Source of the DNA: Naegleria gruberi
Taxonomy: Eukaryota
Reading direction: 5' to 3' (one strand)
DNA length: 64,000 nt
NCBI GenBank assembly: GCA_000004985.1
Contig: GG738853.1
The notes below the pieces were generated by a model, which saw only the letters and a program-made list of their open reading frames with translations, was not told the origin of the DNA and did not search any database. A program made the translations under genes and the position numbers. This document shows, in pieces, positions 12,001-24,000 of the stretch. How positions within the stretch are numbered: position 1 is the stretch's first letter; each line of letters begins with the position of its first letter.

Positions 12001-15000
12001 NNNNNNNNNNNNNNNNNNNNNNNNNNNNNNNNNNNNNNNNNNNNNNNNNNNNNNNNNNNNNNNNNNNNNNNNNNNNNNNNNNNNNNNNNNNNNNNNNNNN
12101 NNNNNNNNNNNNNNNNNNNNNNNNNNNNNNNNNNNNNNNNNNNNNNNNNNNNNNNNNNNNNNNNNNNNNNNNNNNNNNNNNNNNNNNNNNNNNNNNNNNN
12201 NNNNNNNNNNNNNNNNNNNNNNNNNNNNNNNNNNNNNNNNNNNNNNNNNNNNNNNNNNNNNNNNNNNNNNNNNNNNNNNNNNNNNNNNNNNNNNNNNNNN
12301 NNNNNNNNNNNNNNNNNNNNNNNNNNNNNNNNNNNNNNNNNNNNNNNNNNNNNNNNNNNNNNNNNNNNNNNNNNNNNNNNNNNNNNNNNNNNNNNNNNNN
12401 NNNNNNNNNNNNNNNNNNNNNNNNNNNNNNNNNNNNNNNNNNNNNNNNNNNNNNNNNNNNNNNNNNNNNNNNNNNNNNNNNNNNNNNNNNNNNNNNNNNN
12501 NNNNNNNNNNNNNNNNNNNNNNNNNNNNNNNNNNNNNNNNNNNNNNNNNNNNNNNNNNNNNNNNNNNNNNNNNNNNNNNNNNNNNNNNNNNNNNNNNNNN
12601 NNNNNNNNNNNNNNNNNNNNNNNNNNNNNNNNNNNNNNNNNNNNNNNNNNNNNNNNNNNNNNNNNNNNNNNNNNNNNNNNNNNNNNNNNNNNNNNNNNNN
12701 NNNNNNNNNNNNNNNNNNNNNNNNNNNNNNNNNNNNNNNNNNNNNNNNNNNNNNNNNNNNNNNNNNNNNNNNNNNNNNNNNNNNNNNNNNNNNNNNNNNN
12801 NNNNNNNNNNNNNNNNNNNNNNNNNNNNNNNNNNNNNNNNNNNNNNNNNNNNNNNNNNNNNNNNNNNNNNNNNNNNNNNNNNNNNNNNNNNNNNNNNNNN
12901 NNNNNNNNNNNNNNNNNNNNNNNNNNNNNNNNNNNNNNNNNNNNNNNNNNNNNNNNNNNNNNNNNNNNNNNNNNNNNNNNNNNNNNNNNNNNNNNNNNNN
13001 NNNNNNNNNNNNNNNNNNNNNNNNNNNNNNNNNNNNNNNNNNNNNNNNNNNNNNNNNNNNNNNNNNNNNNNNNNNNNNNNNNNNNNNNNNNNNNNNNNNN
13101 NNNNNNNNNNNNNNNNNNNNNNNNNNNNNNNNNNNNNNNNNNNNNNNNNNNNNNNNNNNNNNNNNNNNNNNNNNNNNNNNNNNNNNNNNNNNNNNNNNNN
13201 NNNNNNNNNNNNNNNNNNNNNNNNNNNNNNNNNNNNNNNNNNNNNNNNNNNNNNNNNNNNNNNNNNNNNNNNNNNNNNNNNNNNNNNNNNNNNNNNNNNN
13301 NNNNNNNNNNNNNNNNNNNNNNNNNNNNNNNNNNNNNNNNNNNNNNNNNNNNNNNNNNNNNNNNNNNNNNNNNNNNNNNNNNNNNNNNNNNNNNNNNNNN
13401 NNNNNNNNNNNNNNNNNNNNNNNNNNNNNNNNNNNNNNNNNNNNNNNNNNNNNNNNNNNNNNNNNNNNNNNNNNNNNNNNNNNNNNNNNNNNNNNNNNNN
13501 NNNNNNNNNNNNNNNNNNNNNNNNNNNNNNNNNNNNNNNNNNNNNNNNNNNNNNNNNNNNNNNNNNNNNNNNNNNNNNNNNNNNNNNNNNNNNNNNNNNN
13601 NNNNNNNNNNNNNNNNNNNNNNNNNNNNNNNNNNNNNNNNNNNNNNNNNNNNNNNNNNNNNNNNNNNNNNNNNNNNNNNNNNNNNNNNNNNNNNNNNNNN
13701 NNNNNNNNNNNNNNNNNNNNNNNNNNNNNNNNNNNNNNNNNNNNNNNNNNNNNNNNNNNNNNNNNNNNNNNNNNNNNNNNNNNNNNNNNNNNNNNNNNNN
13801 NNNNNNNNNNNNNNNNNNNNNNNNNNNNNNNNNNNNNNNNNNNNNNNNNNNNNNNNNNNNNNNNNNNNNNNNNNNNNNNNNNNNNNNNNNNNNNNNNNNN
13901 NNNNNNNNNNNNNNNNNNNNNNNNNNNNNNNNNNNNNNNNNNNNNNNNNNNNNNNNNNNNNNNNNNNNNNNNNNNNNNNNNNNNNNNNNNNNNNNNNNNN
14001 NNNNNNNNNNNNNNNNNNNNNNNNNNNNNNNNNNNNNNNNNNNNNNNNNNNNNNNNNNNNNNNNNNNNNNNNNNNNNNNNNNNNNNNNNNNNNNNNNNNN
14101 NNNNNNNNNNNNNNNNNNNNNNNNNNNNNNNNNNNNNNNNNNNNNNNNNNNNNNNNNNNNNNNNNNNNNNNNNNNNNNNNNNNNNNNNNNNNNNNNNNNN
14201 NNNNNNNNNNNNNNNNNNNNNNNNNNNNNNNNNNNNNNNNNNNNNNNNNNNNNNNNNNNNNNNNNNNNNNNNNNNNNNNNNNNNNNNNNNNNNNNNNNNN
14301 NNNNNNNNNNNNNNNNNNNNNNNNNNNNNNNNNNNNNNNNNNNNNNNNNNNNNNNNNNNNNNNNNNNNNNNNNNNNNNNNNNNNNNNNNNNNNNNNNNNN
14401 NNNNNNNNNNNNNNNNNNNNNNNNNNNNNNNNNNNNNNNNNNNNNNNNNNNNNNNNNNNNNNNNNNNNNNNNNNNNNNNNNNNNNNNNNNNNNNNNNNNN
14501 NNNNNNNNNNNNNNNNNNNNNNNNNNNNNNNNNNNNNNNNNNNNNNNNNNNNNNNNNNNNNNNNNNNNNNNNNNNNNNNNNNNNNNNNNNNNNNNNNNNN
14601 NNNNNNNNNNNNNNNNNNNNNNNNNNNNNNNNNNNNNNNNNNNNNNNNNNNNNNNNNNNNNNNNNNNNNNNNNNNNNNNNNNNNNNNNNNNNNNNNNNNN
14701 NNNNNNNNNNNNNNNNNNNNNNNNNNNNNNNNNNNNNNNNNNNNNNNNNNNNNNNNNNNNNNNNNNNNNNNNNNNNNNNNNNNNNNNNNNNNNNNNNNNN
14801 NNNNNNNNNNNNNNNNNNNNNNNNNNNNNNNNNNNNNNNNNNNNNNNNNNNNNNNNNNNNNNNNNNNNNNNNNNNNNNNNNNNNNNNNNNNNNNNNNNNN
14901 NNNNNNNNNNNNNNNNNNNNNNNNNNNNNNNNNNNNNNNNNNNNNNNNNNNNNNNNNNNNNNNNNNNNNNNNNNNNNNNNNNNNNNNNNNNNNNNNNNNN

Positions 15001-18000
15001 NNNNNNNNNNNNNNNNNNNNNNNNNNNNNNNNNNNNNNNNNNNNNNNNNNNNNNNNNNNNNNNNNNNNNNNNNNNNNNNNNNNNNNNNNNNNNNNNNNNN
15101 NNNNNNNNNNNNNNNNNNNNNNNNNNNNNNNNNNNNNNNNNNNNNNNNNNNNNNNNNNNNNNNNNNNNNNNNNNNNNNNNNNNNNNNNNNNNNNNNNNNN
15201 NNNNNNNNNNNNNNNNNNNNNNNNNNNNNNNNNNNNNNNNNNNNNNNNNNNNNNNNNNNNNNNNNNNNNNNNNNNNNNNNNNNNNNNNNNNNNNNNNNNN
15301 NNNNNNNNNNNNNNNNNNNNNNNNNNNNNNNNNNNNNNNNNNNNNNNNNNNNNNNNNNNNNNNNNNNNNNNNNNNNNNNNNNNNNNNNNNNNNNNNNNNN
15401 NNNNNNNNNNNNNNNNNNNNNNNNNNNNNNNNNNNNNNNNNNNNNNNNNNNNNNNNNNNNNNNNNNNNNNNNNNNNNNNNNNNNNNNNNNNNNNNNNNNN
15501 NNNNNNNNNNNNNNNNNNNNNNNNNNNNNNNNNNNNNNNNNNNNNNNNNNNNNNNNNNNNNNNNNNNNNNNNNNNNNNNNNNNNNNNNNNNNNNNNNNNN
15601 NNNNNNNNNNNNNNNNNNNNNNNNNNNNNNNNNNNNNNNNNNNNNNNNNNNNNNNNNNNNNNNNNNNNNNNNNNNNNNNNNNNNNNNNNNNNNNNNNNNN
15701 NNNNNNNNNNNNNNNNNNNNNNNNNNNNNNNNNNNNNNNNNNNNNNNNNNNNNNNNNNNNNNNNNNNNNNNNNNNNNNNNNNNNNNNNNNNNNNNNNNNN
15801 NNNNNNNNNNNNNNNNNNNNNNNNNNNNNNNNNNNNNNNNNNNNNNNNNNNNNNNNNNNNNNNNNNNNNNNNNNNNNNNNNNNNNNNNNNNNNNNNNNNN
15901 NNNNNNNNNNNNNNNNNNNNNNNNNNNNNNNNNNNNNNNNNNNNNNNNNNNNNNNNNNNNNNNNNNNNNNNNNNNNNNNNNNNNNNNNNNNNNNNNNNNN
16001 NNNNNNNNNNNNNNNNNNNNNNNNNNNNNNNNNNNNNNNNNNNNNNNNNNNNNNNNNNNNNNNNNNNNNNNNNNNNNNNNNNNNNNNNNNNNNNNNNNNN
16101 NNNNNNNNNNNNNNNNNNNNNNNNNNNNNNNNNNNNNNNNNNNNNNNNNNNNNNNNNNNNNNNNNNNNNNNNNNNNNNNNNNNNNNNNNNNNNNNNNNNN
16201 NNNNNNNNNNNNNNNNNNNNNNNNNNNNNNNNNNNNNNNNNNNNNNNNNNNNNNNNNNNNNNNNNNNNNNNNNNNNNNNNNNNNNNNNNNNNNNNNNNNN
16301 NNNNNNNNNNNNNNNNNNNNNNNNNNNNNNNNNNNNNNNNNNNNNNNNNNNNNNNNNNNNNNNNNNNNNNNNNNNNNNNNNNNNNNNNNNNNNNNNNNNN
16401 NNNNNNNNNNNNNNNNNNNNNNNNNNNNNNNNNNNNNNNNNNNNNNNNNNNNNNNNNNNNNNNNNNNNNNNNNNNNNNNNNNNNNNNNNNNNNNNNNNNN
16501 NNNNNNNNNNNNNNNNNNNNNNNNNNNNNNNNNNNNNNNNNNNNNNNNNNNNNNNNNNNNNNNNNNNNNNNNNNNNNNNNNNNNNNNNNNNNNNNNNNNN
16601 NNNNNNNNNNNNNNNNNNNNNNNNNNNNNNNNNNNNNNNNNNNNNNNNNNNNNNNNNNNNNNNNNNNNNNNNNNNNNNNNNNNNNNNNNNNNNNNNNNNN
16701 NNNNNNNNNNNNNNNNNNNNNNNNNNNNNNNNNNNNNNNNNNNNNNNNNNNNNNNNNNNNNNNNNNNNNNNNNNNNNNNNNNNNNNNNNNNNNNNNNNNN
16801 NNNNNNNNNNNNNNNNNNNNNNNNNNNNNNNNNNNNNNNNNNNNNNNNNNNNNNNNNNNNNNNNNNNNNNNNNNNNNNNNNNNNNNNNNNNNNNNNNNNN
16901 NNNNNNNNNNNNNNNNNNNNNNNNNNNNNNNNNNNNNNNNNNNNNNNNNNNNNNNNNNNNNNNNNNNNNNNNNNNNNNNNNNNNNNNNNNNNNNNNNNNN
17001 NNNNNNNNNNNNNNNNNNNNNNNNNNNNNNNNNNNNNNNNNNNNNNNNNNNNNNNNNNNNNNNNNNNNNNNNNNNNNNNNNNNNNNNNNNNNNNNNNNNN
17101 NNNNNNNNNNNNNNNNNNNNNNNNNNNNNNNNNNNNNNNNNNNNNNNNNNNNNNNNNNNNNNNNNNNNNNNNNNNNNNNNNNNNNNNNNNNNNNNNNNNN
17201 NNNNNNNNNNNNNNNNNNNNNNNNNNNNNNNNNNNNNNNNNNNNNNNNNNNNNNNNNNNNNNNNNNNNNNNNNNNNNNNNNNNNNNNNNNNNNNNNNNNN
17301 NNNNNNNNNNNNNNNNNNNNNNNNNNNNNNNNNNNNNNNNNNNNNNNNNNNNNNNNNNNNNNNNNNNNNNNNNNNNNNNNNNNNNNNNNNNNNNNNNNNN
17401 NNNNNNNNNNNNNNNNNNNNNNNNNNNNNNNNNNNNNNNNNNNNNNNNNNNNNNNNNNNNNNNNNNNNNNNNNNNNNNNNNNNNNNNNNNNNNNNNNNNN
17501 NNNNNNNNNNNNNNNNNNNNNNNNNNNNNNNNNNNNNNNNNNNNNNNNNNNNNNNNNNNNNNNNNNNNNNNNNNNNNNNNNNNNNNNNNNNNNNNNNNNN
17601 NNNNNNNNNNNNNNNNNNNNNNNNNNNNNNNNNNNNNNNNNNNNNNNNNNNNNNNNNNNNNNNNNNNNNNNNNNNNNNNNNNNNNNNNNNNNNNNNNNNN
17701 NNNNNNNNNNNNNNNNNNNNNNNNNNNNNNNNNNNNNNNNNNNNNNNNNNNNNNNNNNNNNNNNNNNNNNNNNNNNNNNNNNNNNNNNNNNNNNNNNNNN
17801 NNNNNNNNNNNNNNNNNNNNNNNNNNNNNNNNNNNNNNNNNNNNNNNNNNNNNNNNNNNNNNNNNNNNNNNNNNNNNNNNNNNNNNNNNNNNNNNNNNNN
17901 NNNNNNNNNNNNNNNNNNNNNNNNNNNNNNNNNNNNNNNNNNNNNNNNNNNNNNNNNNNNNNNNNNNNNNNNNNNNNNNNNNNNNNNNNNNNNNNNNNNN

Positions 18001-21000
18001 NNNNNNNNNNNNNNNNNNNNNNNNNNNNNNNNNNNNNNNNNNNNNNNNNNNNNNNNNNNNNNNNNNNNNNNNNNNNNNNNNNNNNNNNNNNNNNNNNNNN
18101 NNNNNNNNNNNNNNNNNNNNNNNNNNNNNNNNNNNNNNNNNNNNNNNNNNNNNNNNNNNNNNNNNNNNNNNNNNNNNNNNNNNNNNNNNNNNNNNNNNNN
18201 NNNNNNNNNNNNNNNNNNNNNNNNNNNNNNNNNNNNNNNNNNNNNNNNNNNNNNNNNNNNNNNNNNNNNNNNNNNNNNNNNNNNNNNNNNNNNNNNNNNN
18301 NNNNNNNNNNNNNNNNNNNNNNNNNNNNNNNNNNNNNNNNNNNNNNNNNNNNNNNNNNNNNNNNNNNNNNNNNNNNNNNNNNNNNNNNNNNNNNNNNNNN
18401 NNNNNNNNNNNNNNNNNNNNNNNNNNNNNNNNNNNNNNNNNNNNNNNNNNNNNNNNNNNNNNNNNNNNNNNNNNNNNNNNNNNNNNNNNNNNNNNNNNNN
18501 NNNNNNNNNNNNNNNNNNNNNNNNNNNNNNNNNNNNNNNNNNNNNNNNNNNNNNNNNNNNNNNNNNNNNNNNNNNNNNNNNNNNNNNNNNNNNNNNNNNN
18601 NNNNNNNNNNNNNNNNNNNNNNNNNNNNNNNNNNNNNNNNNNNNNNNNNNNNNNNNNNNNNNNNNNNNNNNNNNNNNNNNNNNNNNNNNNNNNNNNNNNN
18701 NNNNNNNNNNNNNNNNNNNNNNNNNNNNNNNNNNNNNNNNNNNNNNNNNNNNNNNNNNNNNNNNNNNNNNNNNNNNNNNNNNNNNNNNNNNNNNNNNNNN
18801 NNNNNNNNNNNNNNNNNNNNNNNNNNNNNNNNNNNNNNNNNNNNNNNNNNNNNNNNNNNNNNNNNNNNNNNNNNNNNNNNNNNNNNNNNNNNNNNNNNNN
18901 NNNNNNNNNNNNNNNNNNNNNNNNNNNNNNNNNNNNNNNNNNNNNNNNNNNNNNNNNNNNNNNNNNNNNNNNNNNNNNNNNNNNNNNNNNNNNNNNNNNN
19001 NNNNNNNNNNNNNNNNNNNNNNNNNNNNNNNNNNNNNNNNNNNNNNNNNNNNNNNNNNNNNNNNNNNNNNNNNNNNNNNNNNNNNNNNNNNNNNNNNNNN
19101 NNNNNNNNNNNNNNNNNNNNNNNNNNNNNNNNNNNNNNNNNNNNNNNNNNNNNNNNNNNNNNNNNNNNNNNNNNNNNNNNNNNNNNNNNNNNNNNNNNNN
19201 NNNNNNNNNNNNNNNNNNNNNNNNNNNNNNNNNNNNNNNNNNNNNNNNNNNNNNNNNNNNNNNNNNNNNNNNNNNNNNNNNNNNNNNNNNNNNNNNNNNN
19301 NNNNNNNNNNNNNNNNNNNNNNNNNNNNNNNNNNNNNNNNNNNNNNNNNNNNNNNNNNNNNNNNNNNNNNNNNNNNNNNNNNNNNNNNNNNNNNNNNNNN
19401 NNNNNNNNNNNNNNNNNNNNNNNNNNNNNNNNNNNNNNNNNNNNNNNNNNNNNNNNNNNNNNNNNNNNNNNNNNNNNNNNNNNNNNNNNNNNNNNNNNNN
19501 NNNNNNNNNNNNNNNNNNNNNNNNNNNNNNNNNNNNNNNNNNNNNNNNNNNNNNNNNNNNNNNNNNNNNNNNNNNNNNNNNNNNNNNNNNNNNNNNNNNN
19601 NNNNNNNNNNNNNNNNNNNNNNNNNNNNNNNNNNNNNNNNNNNNNNNNNNNNNNNNNNNNNNNNNNNNNNNNNNNNNNNNNNNNNNNNNNNNNNNNNNNN
19701 NNNNNNNNNNNNNNNNNNNNNNNNNNNNNNNNNNNNNNNNNNNNNNNNNNNNNNNNNNNNNNNNNNNNNNNNNNNNNNNNNNNNNNNNNNNNNNNNNNNN
19801 NNNNNNNNNNNNNNNNNNNNNNNNNNNNNNNNNNNNNNNNNNNNNNNNNNNNNNNNNNNNNNNNNNNNNNNNNNNNNNNNNNNNNNNNNNNNNNNNNNNN
19901 NNNNNNNNNNNNNNNNNNNNNNNNNNNNNNNNNNNNNNNNNNNNNNNNNNNNNNNNNNNNNNNNNNNNNNNNNNNNNNNNNNNNNNNNNNNNNNNNNNNN
20001 NNNNNNNNNNNNNNNNNNNNNNNNNNNNNNNNNNNNNNNNNNNNNNNNNNNNNNNNNNNNNNNNNNNNNNNNNNNNNNNNNNNNNNNNNNNNNNNNNNNN
20101 NNNNNNNNNNNNNNNNNNNNNNNNNNNNNNNNNNNNNNNNNNNNNNNNNNNNNNNNNNNNNNNNNNNNNNNNNNNNNNNNNNNNNNNNNNNNNNNNNNNN
20201 NNNNNNNNNNNNNNNNNNNNNNNNNNNNNNNNNNNNNNNNNNNNNNNNNNNNNNNNNNNNNNNNNNNNNNNNNNNNNNNNNNNNNNNNNNNNNNNNNNNN
20301 NNNNNNNNNNNNNNNNNNNNNNNNNNNNNNNNNNNNNNNNNNNNNNNNNNNNNNNNNNNNNNNNNNNNNNNNNNNNNNNNNNNNNNNNNNNNNNNNNNNN
20401 NNNNNNNNNNNNNNNNNNNNNNNNNNNNNNNNNNNNNNNNNNNNNNNNNNNNNNNNNNNNNNNNNNNNNNNNNNNNNNNNNNNNNNNNNNNNNNNNNNNN
20501 NNNNNNNNNNNNNNNNNNNNNNNNNNNNNNNNNNNNNNNNNNNNNNNNNNNNNNNNNNNNNNNNNNNNNNNNNNNNNNNNNNNNNNNNNNNNNNNNNNNN
20601 NNNNNNNNNNNNNNNNNNNNNNNNNNNNNNNNNNNNNNNNNNNNNNNNNNNNNNNNNNNNNNNNNNNNNNNNNNNNNNNNNNNNNNNNNNNNNNNNNNNN
20701 NNNNNNNNNNNNNNNNNNNNNNNNNNNNNNNNNNNNNNNNNNNNNNNNNNNNNNNNNNNNNNNNNNNNNNNNNNNNNNNNNNNNNNNNNNNNNNNNNNNN
20801 NNNNNNNNNNNNNNNNNNNNNNNNNNNNNNNNNNNNNNNNNNNNNNNNNNNNNNNNNNNNNNNNNNNNNNNNNNNNNNNNNNNNNNNNNNNNNNNNNNNN
20901 NNNNNNNNNNNNNNNNNNNNNNNNNNNNNNNNNNNNNNNNNNNNNNNNNNNNNNNNNNNNNNNNNNNNNNNNNNNNNNNNNNNNNNNNNNNNNNNNNNNN

Positions 21001-24000
21001 NNNNNNNNNNNNNNNNNNNNNNNNNNNNNNNNNNNNNNNNNNNNNNNNNNNNNNNNNNNNNNNNNNNNNNNNNNNNNNNNNNNNNNNNNNNNNNNNNNNN
21101 NNNNNNNNNNNNNNNNNNNNNNNNNNNNNNNNNNNNNNNNNNNNNNNNNNNNNNNNNNNNNNNNNNNNNNNNNNNNNNNNNNNNNNNNNNNNNNNNNNNN
21201 NNNNNNNNNNNNNNNNNNNNNNNNNNNNNNNNNNNNNNNNNNNNNNNNNNNNNNNNNNNNNNNNNNNNNNNNNNNNNNNNNNNNNNNNNNNNNNNNNNNN
21301 NNNNNNNNNNNNNNNNNNNNNNNNNNNNNNNNNNNNNNNNNNNNNNNNNNNNNNNNNNNNNNNNNNNNNNNNNNNNNNNNNNNNNNNNNNNNNNNNNNNN
21401 NNNNNNNNNNNNNNNNNNNNNNNNNNNNNNNNNNNNNNNNNNNNNNNNNNNNNNNNNNNNNNNNNNNNNNNNNNNNNNNNNNNNNNNNNNNNNNNNNNNN
21501 NNNNNNNNNNNNNNNNNNNNNNNNNNNNNNNNNNNNNNNNNNNNNNNNNNNNNNNNNNNNNNNNNNNNNNNNNNNNNNNNNNNNNNNNNNNNNNNNNNNN
21601 NNNNNNNNNNNNNNNNNNNNNNNNNNNNNNNNNNNNNNNNNNNNNNNNNNNNNNNNNNNNNNNNNNNNNNNNNNNNNNNNNNNNNNNNNNNNNNNNNNNN
21701 NNNNNNNNNNNNNNNNNNNNNNNNNNNNNNNNNNNNNNNNNNNNNNNNNNNNNNNNNNNNNNNNNNNNNNNNNNNNNNNNNNNNNNNNNNNNNNNNNNNN
21801 NNNNNNNNNNNNNNNNNNNNNNNNNNNNNNNNNNNNNNNNNNNNNNNNNNNNNNNNNNNNNNNNNNNNNNNNNNNNNNNNNNNNNNNNNNNNNNNNNNNN
21901 NNNNNNNNNNNNNNNNNNNNNNNNNNNNNNNNNNNNNNNNNNNNNNNNNNNNNNNNNNNNNNNNNNNNNNNNNNNNNNNNNNNNNNNNNNNNNNNNNNNN
22001 NNNNNNNNNNNNNNNNNNNNNNNNNNNNNNNNNNNNNNNNNNNNNNNNNNNNNNNNNNNNNNNNNNNNNNNNNNNNNNNNNNNNNNNNNNNNNNNNNNNN
22101 NNNNNNNNNNNNNNNNNNNNNNNNNNNNNNNNNNNNNNNNNNNNNNNNNNNNNNNNNNNNNNNNNNNNNNNNNNNNNNNNNNNNNNNNNNNNNNNNNNNN
22201 NNNNNNNNNNNNNNNNNNNNNNNNNNNNNNNNNNNNNNNNNNNNNNNNNNNNNNNNNNNNNNNNNNNNNNNNNNNNNNNNNNNNNNNNNNNNNNNNNNNN
22301 NNNNNNNNNNNNNNNNNNNNNNNNNNNNNNNNNNNNNNNNNNNNNNNNNNNNNNNNNNNNNNNNNNNNNNNNNNNNNNNNNNNNNNNNNNNNNNNNNNNN
22401 NNNNNNNNNNNNNNNNNNNNNNNNNNNNNNNNNNNNNNNNNNNNNNNNNNNNNNNNNNNNNNNNNNNNNNNNNNNNNNNNNNNNNNNNNNNNNNNNNNNN
22501 NNNNNNNNNNNNNNNNNNNNNNNNNNNNNNNNNNNNNNNNNNNNNNNNNNNNNNNNNNNNNNNNNNNNNNNNNNNNNNNNNNNNNNNNNNNNNNNNNNNN
22601 NNNNNNNNNNNNNNNNNNNNNNNNNNNNNNNNNNNNNNNNNNNNNNNNNNNNNNNNNNNNNNNNNNNNNNNNNNNNNNNNNNNNNNNNNNNNNNNNNNNN
22701 NNNNNNNNNNNNNNNNNNNNNNNNNNNNNNNNNNNNNNNNNNNNNNNNNNNNNNNNNNNNNNNNNNNNNNNNNNNNNNNNNNNNNNNNNNNNNNNNNNNN
22801 NNNNNNNNNNNNNNNNNNNNNNNNNNNNNNNNNNNNNNNNNNNNNNNNNNNNNNNNNNNNNNNNNNNNNNNNNNNNNNNNNNNNNNNNNNNNNNNNNNNN
22901 NNNNNNNNNNNNNNNNNNNNNNNNNNNNNNNNNNNNNNNNNNNNNNNNNNNNNNNNNNNNNNNNNNNNNNNNNNNNNNNNNNNNNNNNNNNNNNNNNNNN
23001 NNNNNNNNNNNNNNNNNNNNNNNNNNNNNNNNNNNNNNNNNNNNNNNNNNNNNNNNNNNNNNNNNNNNNNNNNNNNNNNNNNNNNNNNNNNNNNNNNNNN
23101 NNNNNNNNNNNNNNNNNNNNNNNNNNNNNNNNNNNNNNNNNNNNNNNNNNNNNNNNNNNNNNNNNNNNNNNNNNNNNNNNNNNNNNNNNNNNNNNNNNNN
23201 NNNNNNNNNNNNNNNNNNNNNNNNNNNNNNNNNNNNNNNNNNNNNNNNNNNNNNNNNNNNNNNNNNNNNNNNNNNNNNNNNNNNNNNNNNNNNNNNNNNN
23301 NNNNNNNNNNNNNNNNNNNNNNNNNNNNNNNNNNNNNNNNNNNNNNNNNNNNNNNNNNNNNNNNNNNNNNNNNNNNNNNNNNNNNNNNNNNNNNNNNNNN
23401 NNNNNNNNNNNNNNNNNNNNNNNNNNNNNNNNNNNNNNNNNNNNNNNNNNNNNNNNNNNNNNNNNNNNNNNNNNNNNNNNNNNNNNNNNNNNNNNNNNNN
23501 NNNNNNNNNNNNNNNNNNNNNNNNNNNNNNNNNNNNNNNNNNNNNNNNNNNNNNNNNNNNNNNNNNNNNNNNNNNNNNNNNNNNNNNNNNNNNNNNNNNN
23601 NNNNNNNNNNNNNNNNNNNNNNNNNNNNNNNNNNNNNNNNNNNNNNNNNNNNNNNNNNNNNNNNNNNNNNNNNNNNNNNNNNNNNNNNNNNNNNNNNNNN
23701 NNNNNNNNNNNNNNNNNNNNNNNNNNNNNNNNNNNNNNNNNNNNNNNNNNNNNNNNNNNNNNNNNNNNNNNNNNNNNNNNNNNNNNNNNNNNNNNNNNNN
23801 NNNNNNNNNNNNNNNNNNNNNNNNNNNNNNNNNNNNNNNNNNNNNNNNNNNNNNNNNNNNNNNNNNNNNNNNNNNNNNNNNNNNNNNNNNNNNNNNNNNN
23901 NNNNNNNNNNNNNNNNNNNNNNNNNNNNNNNNNNNNNNNNNNNNNNNNNNNNNNNNNNNNNNNNNNNNNNNNNNNNNNNNNNNNNNNNNNNNNNNNNNNN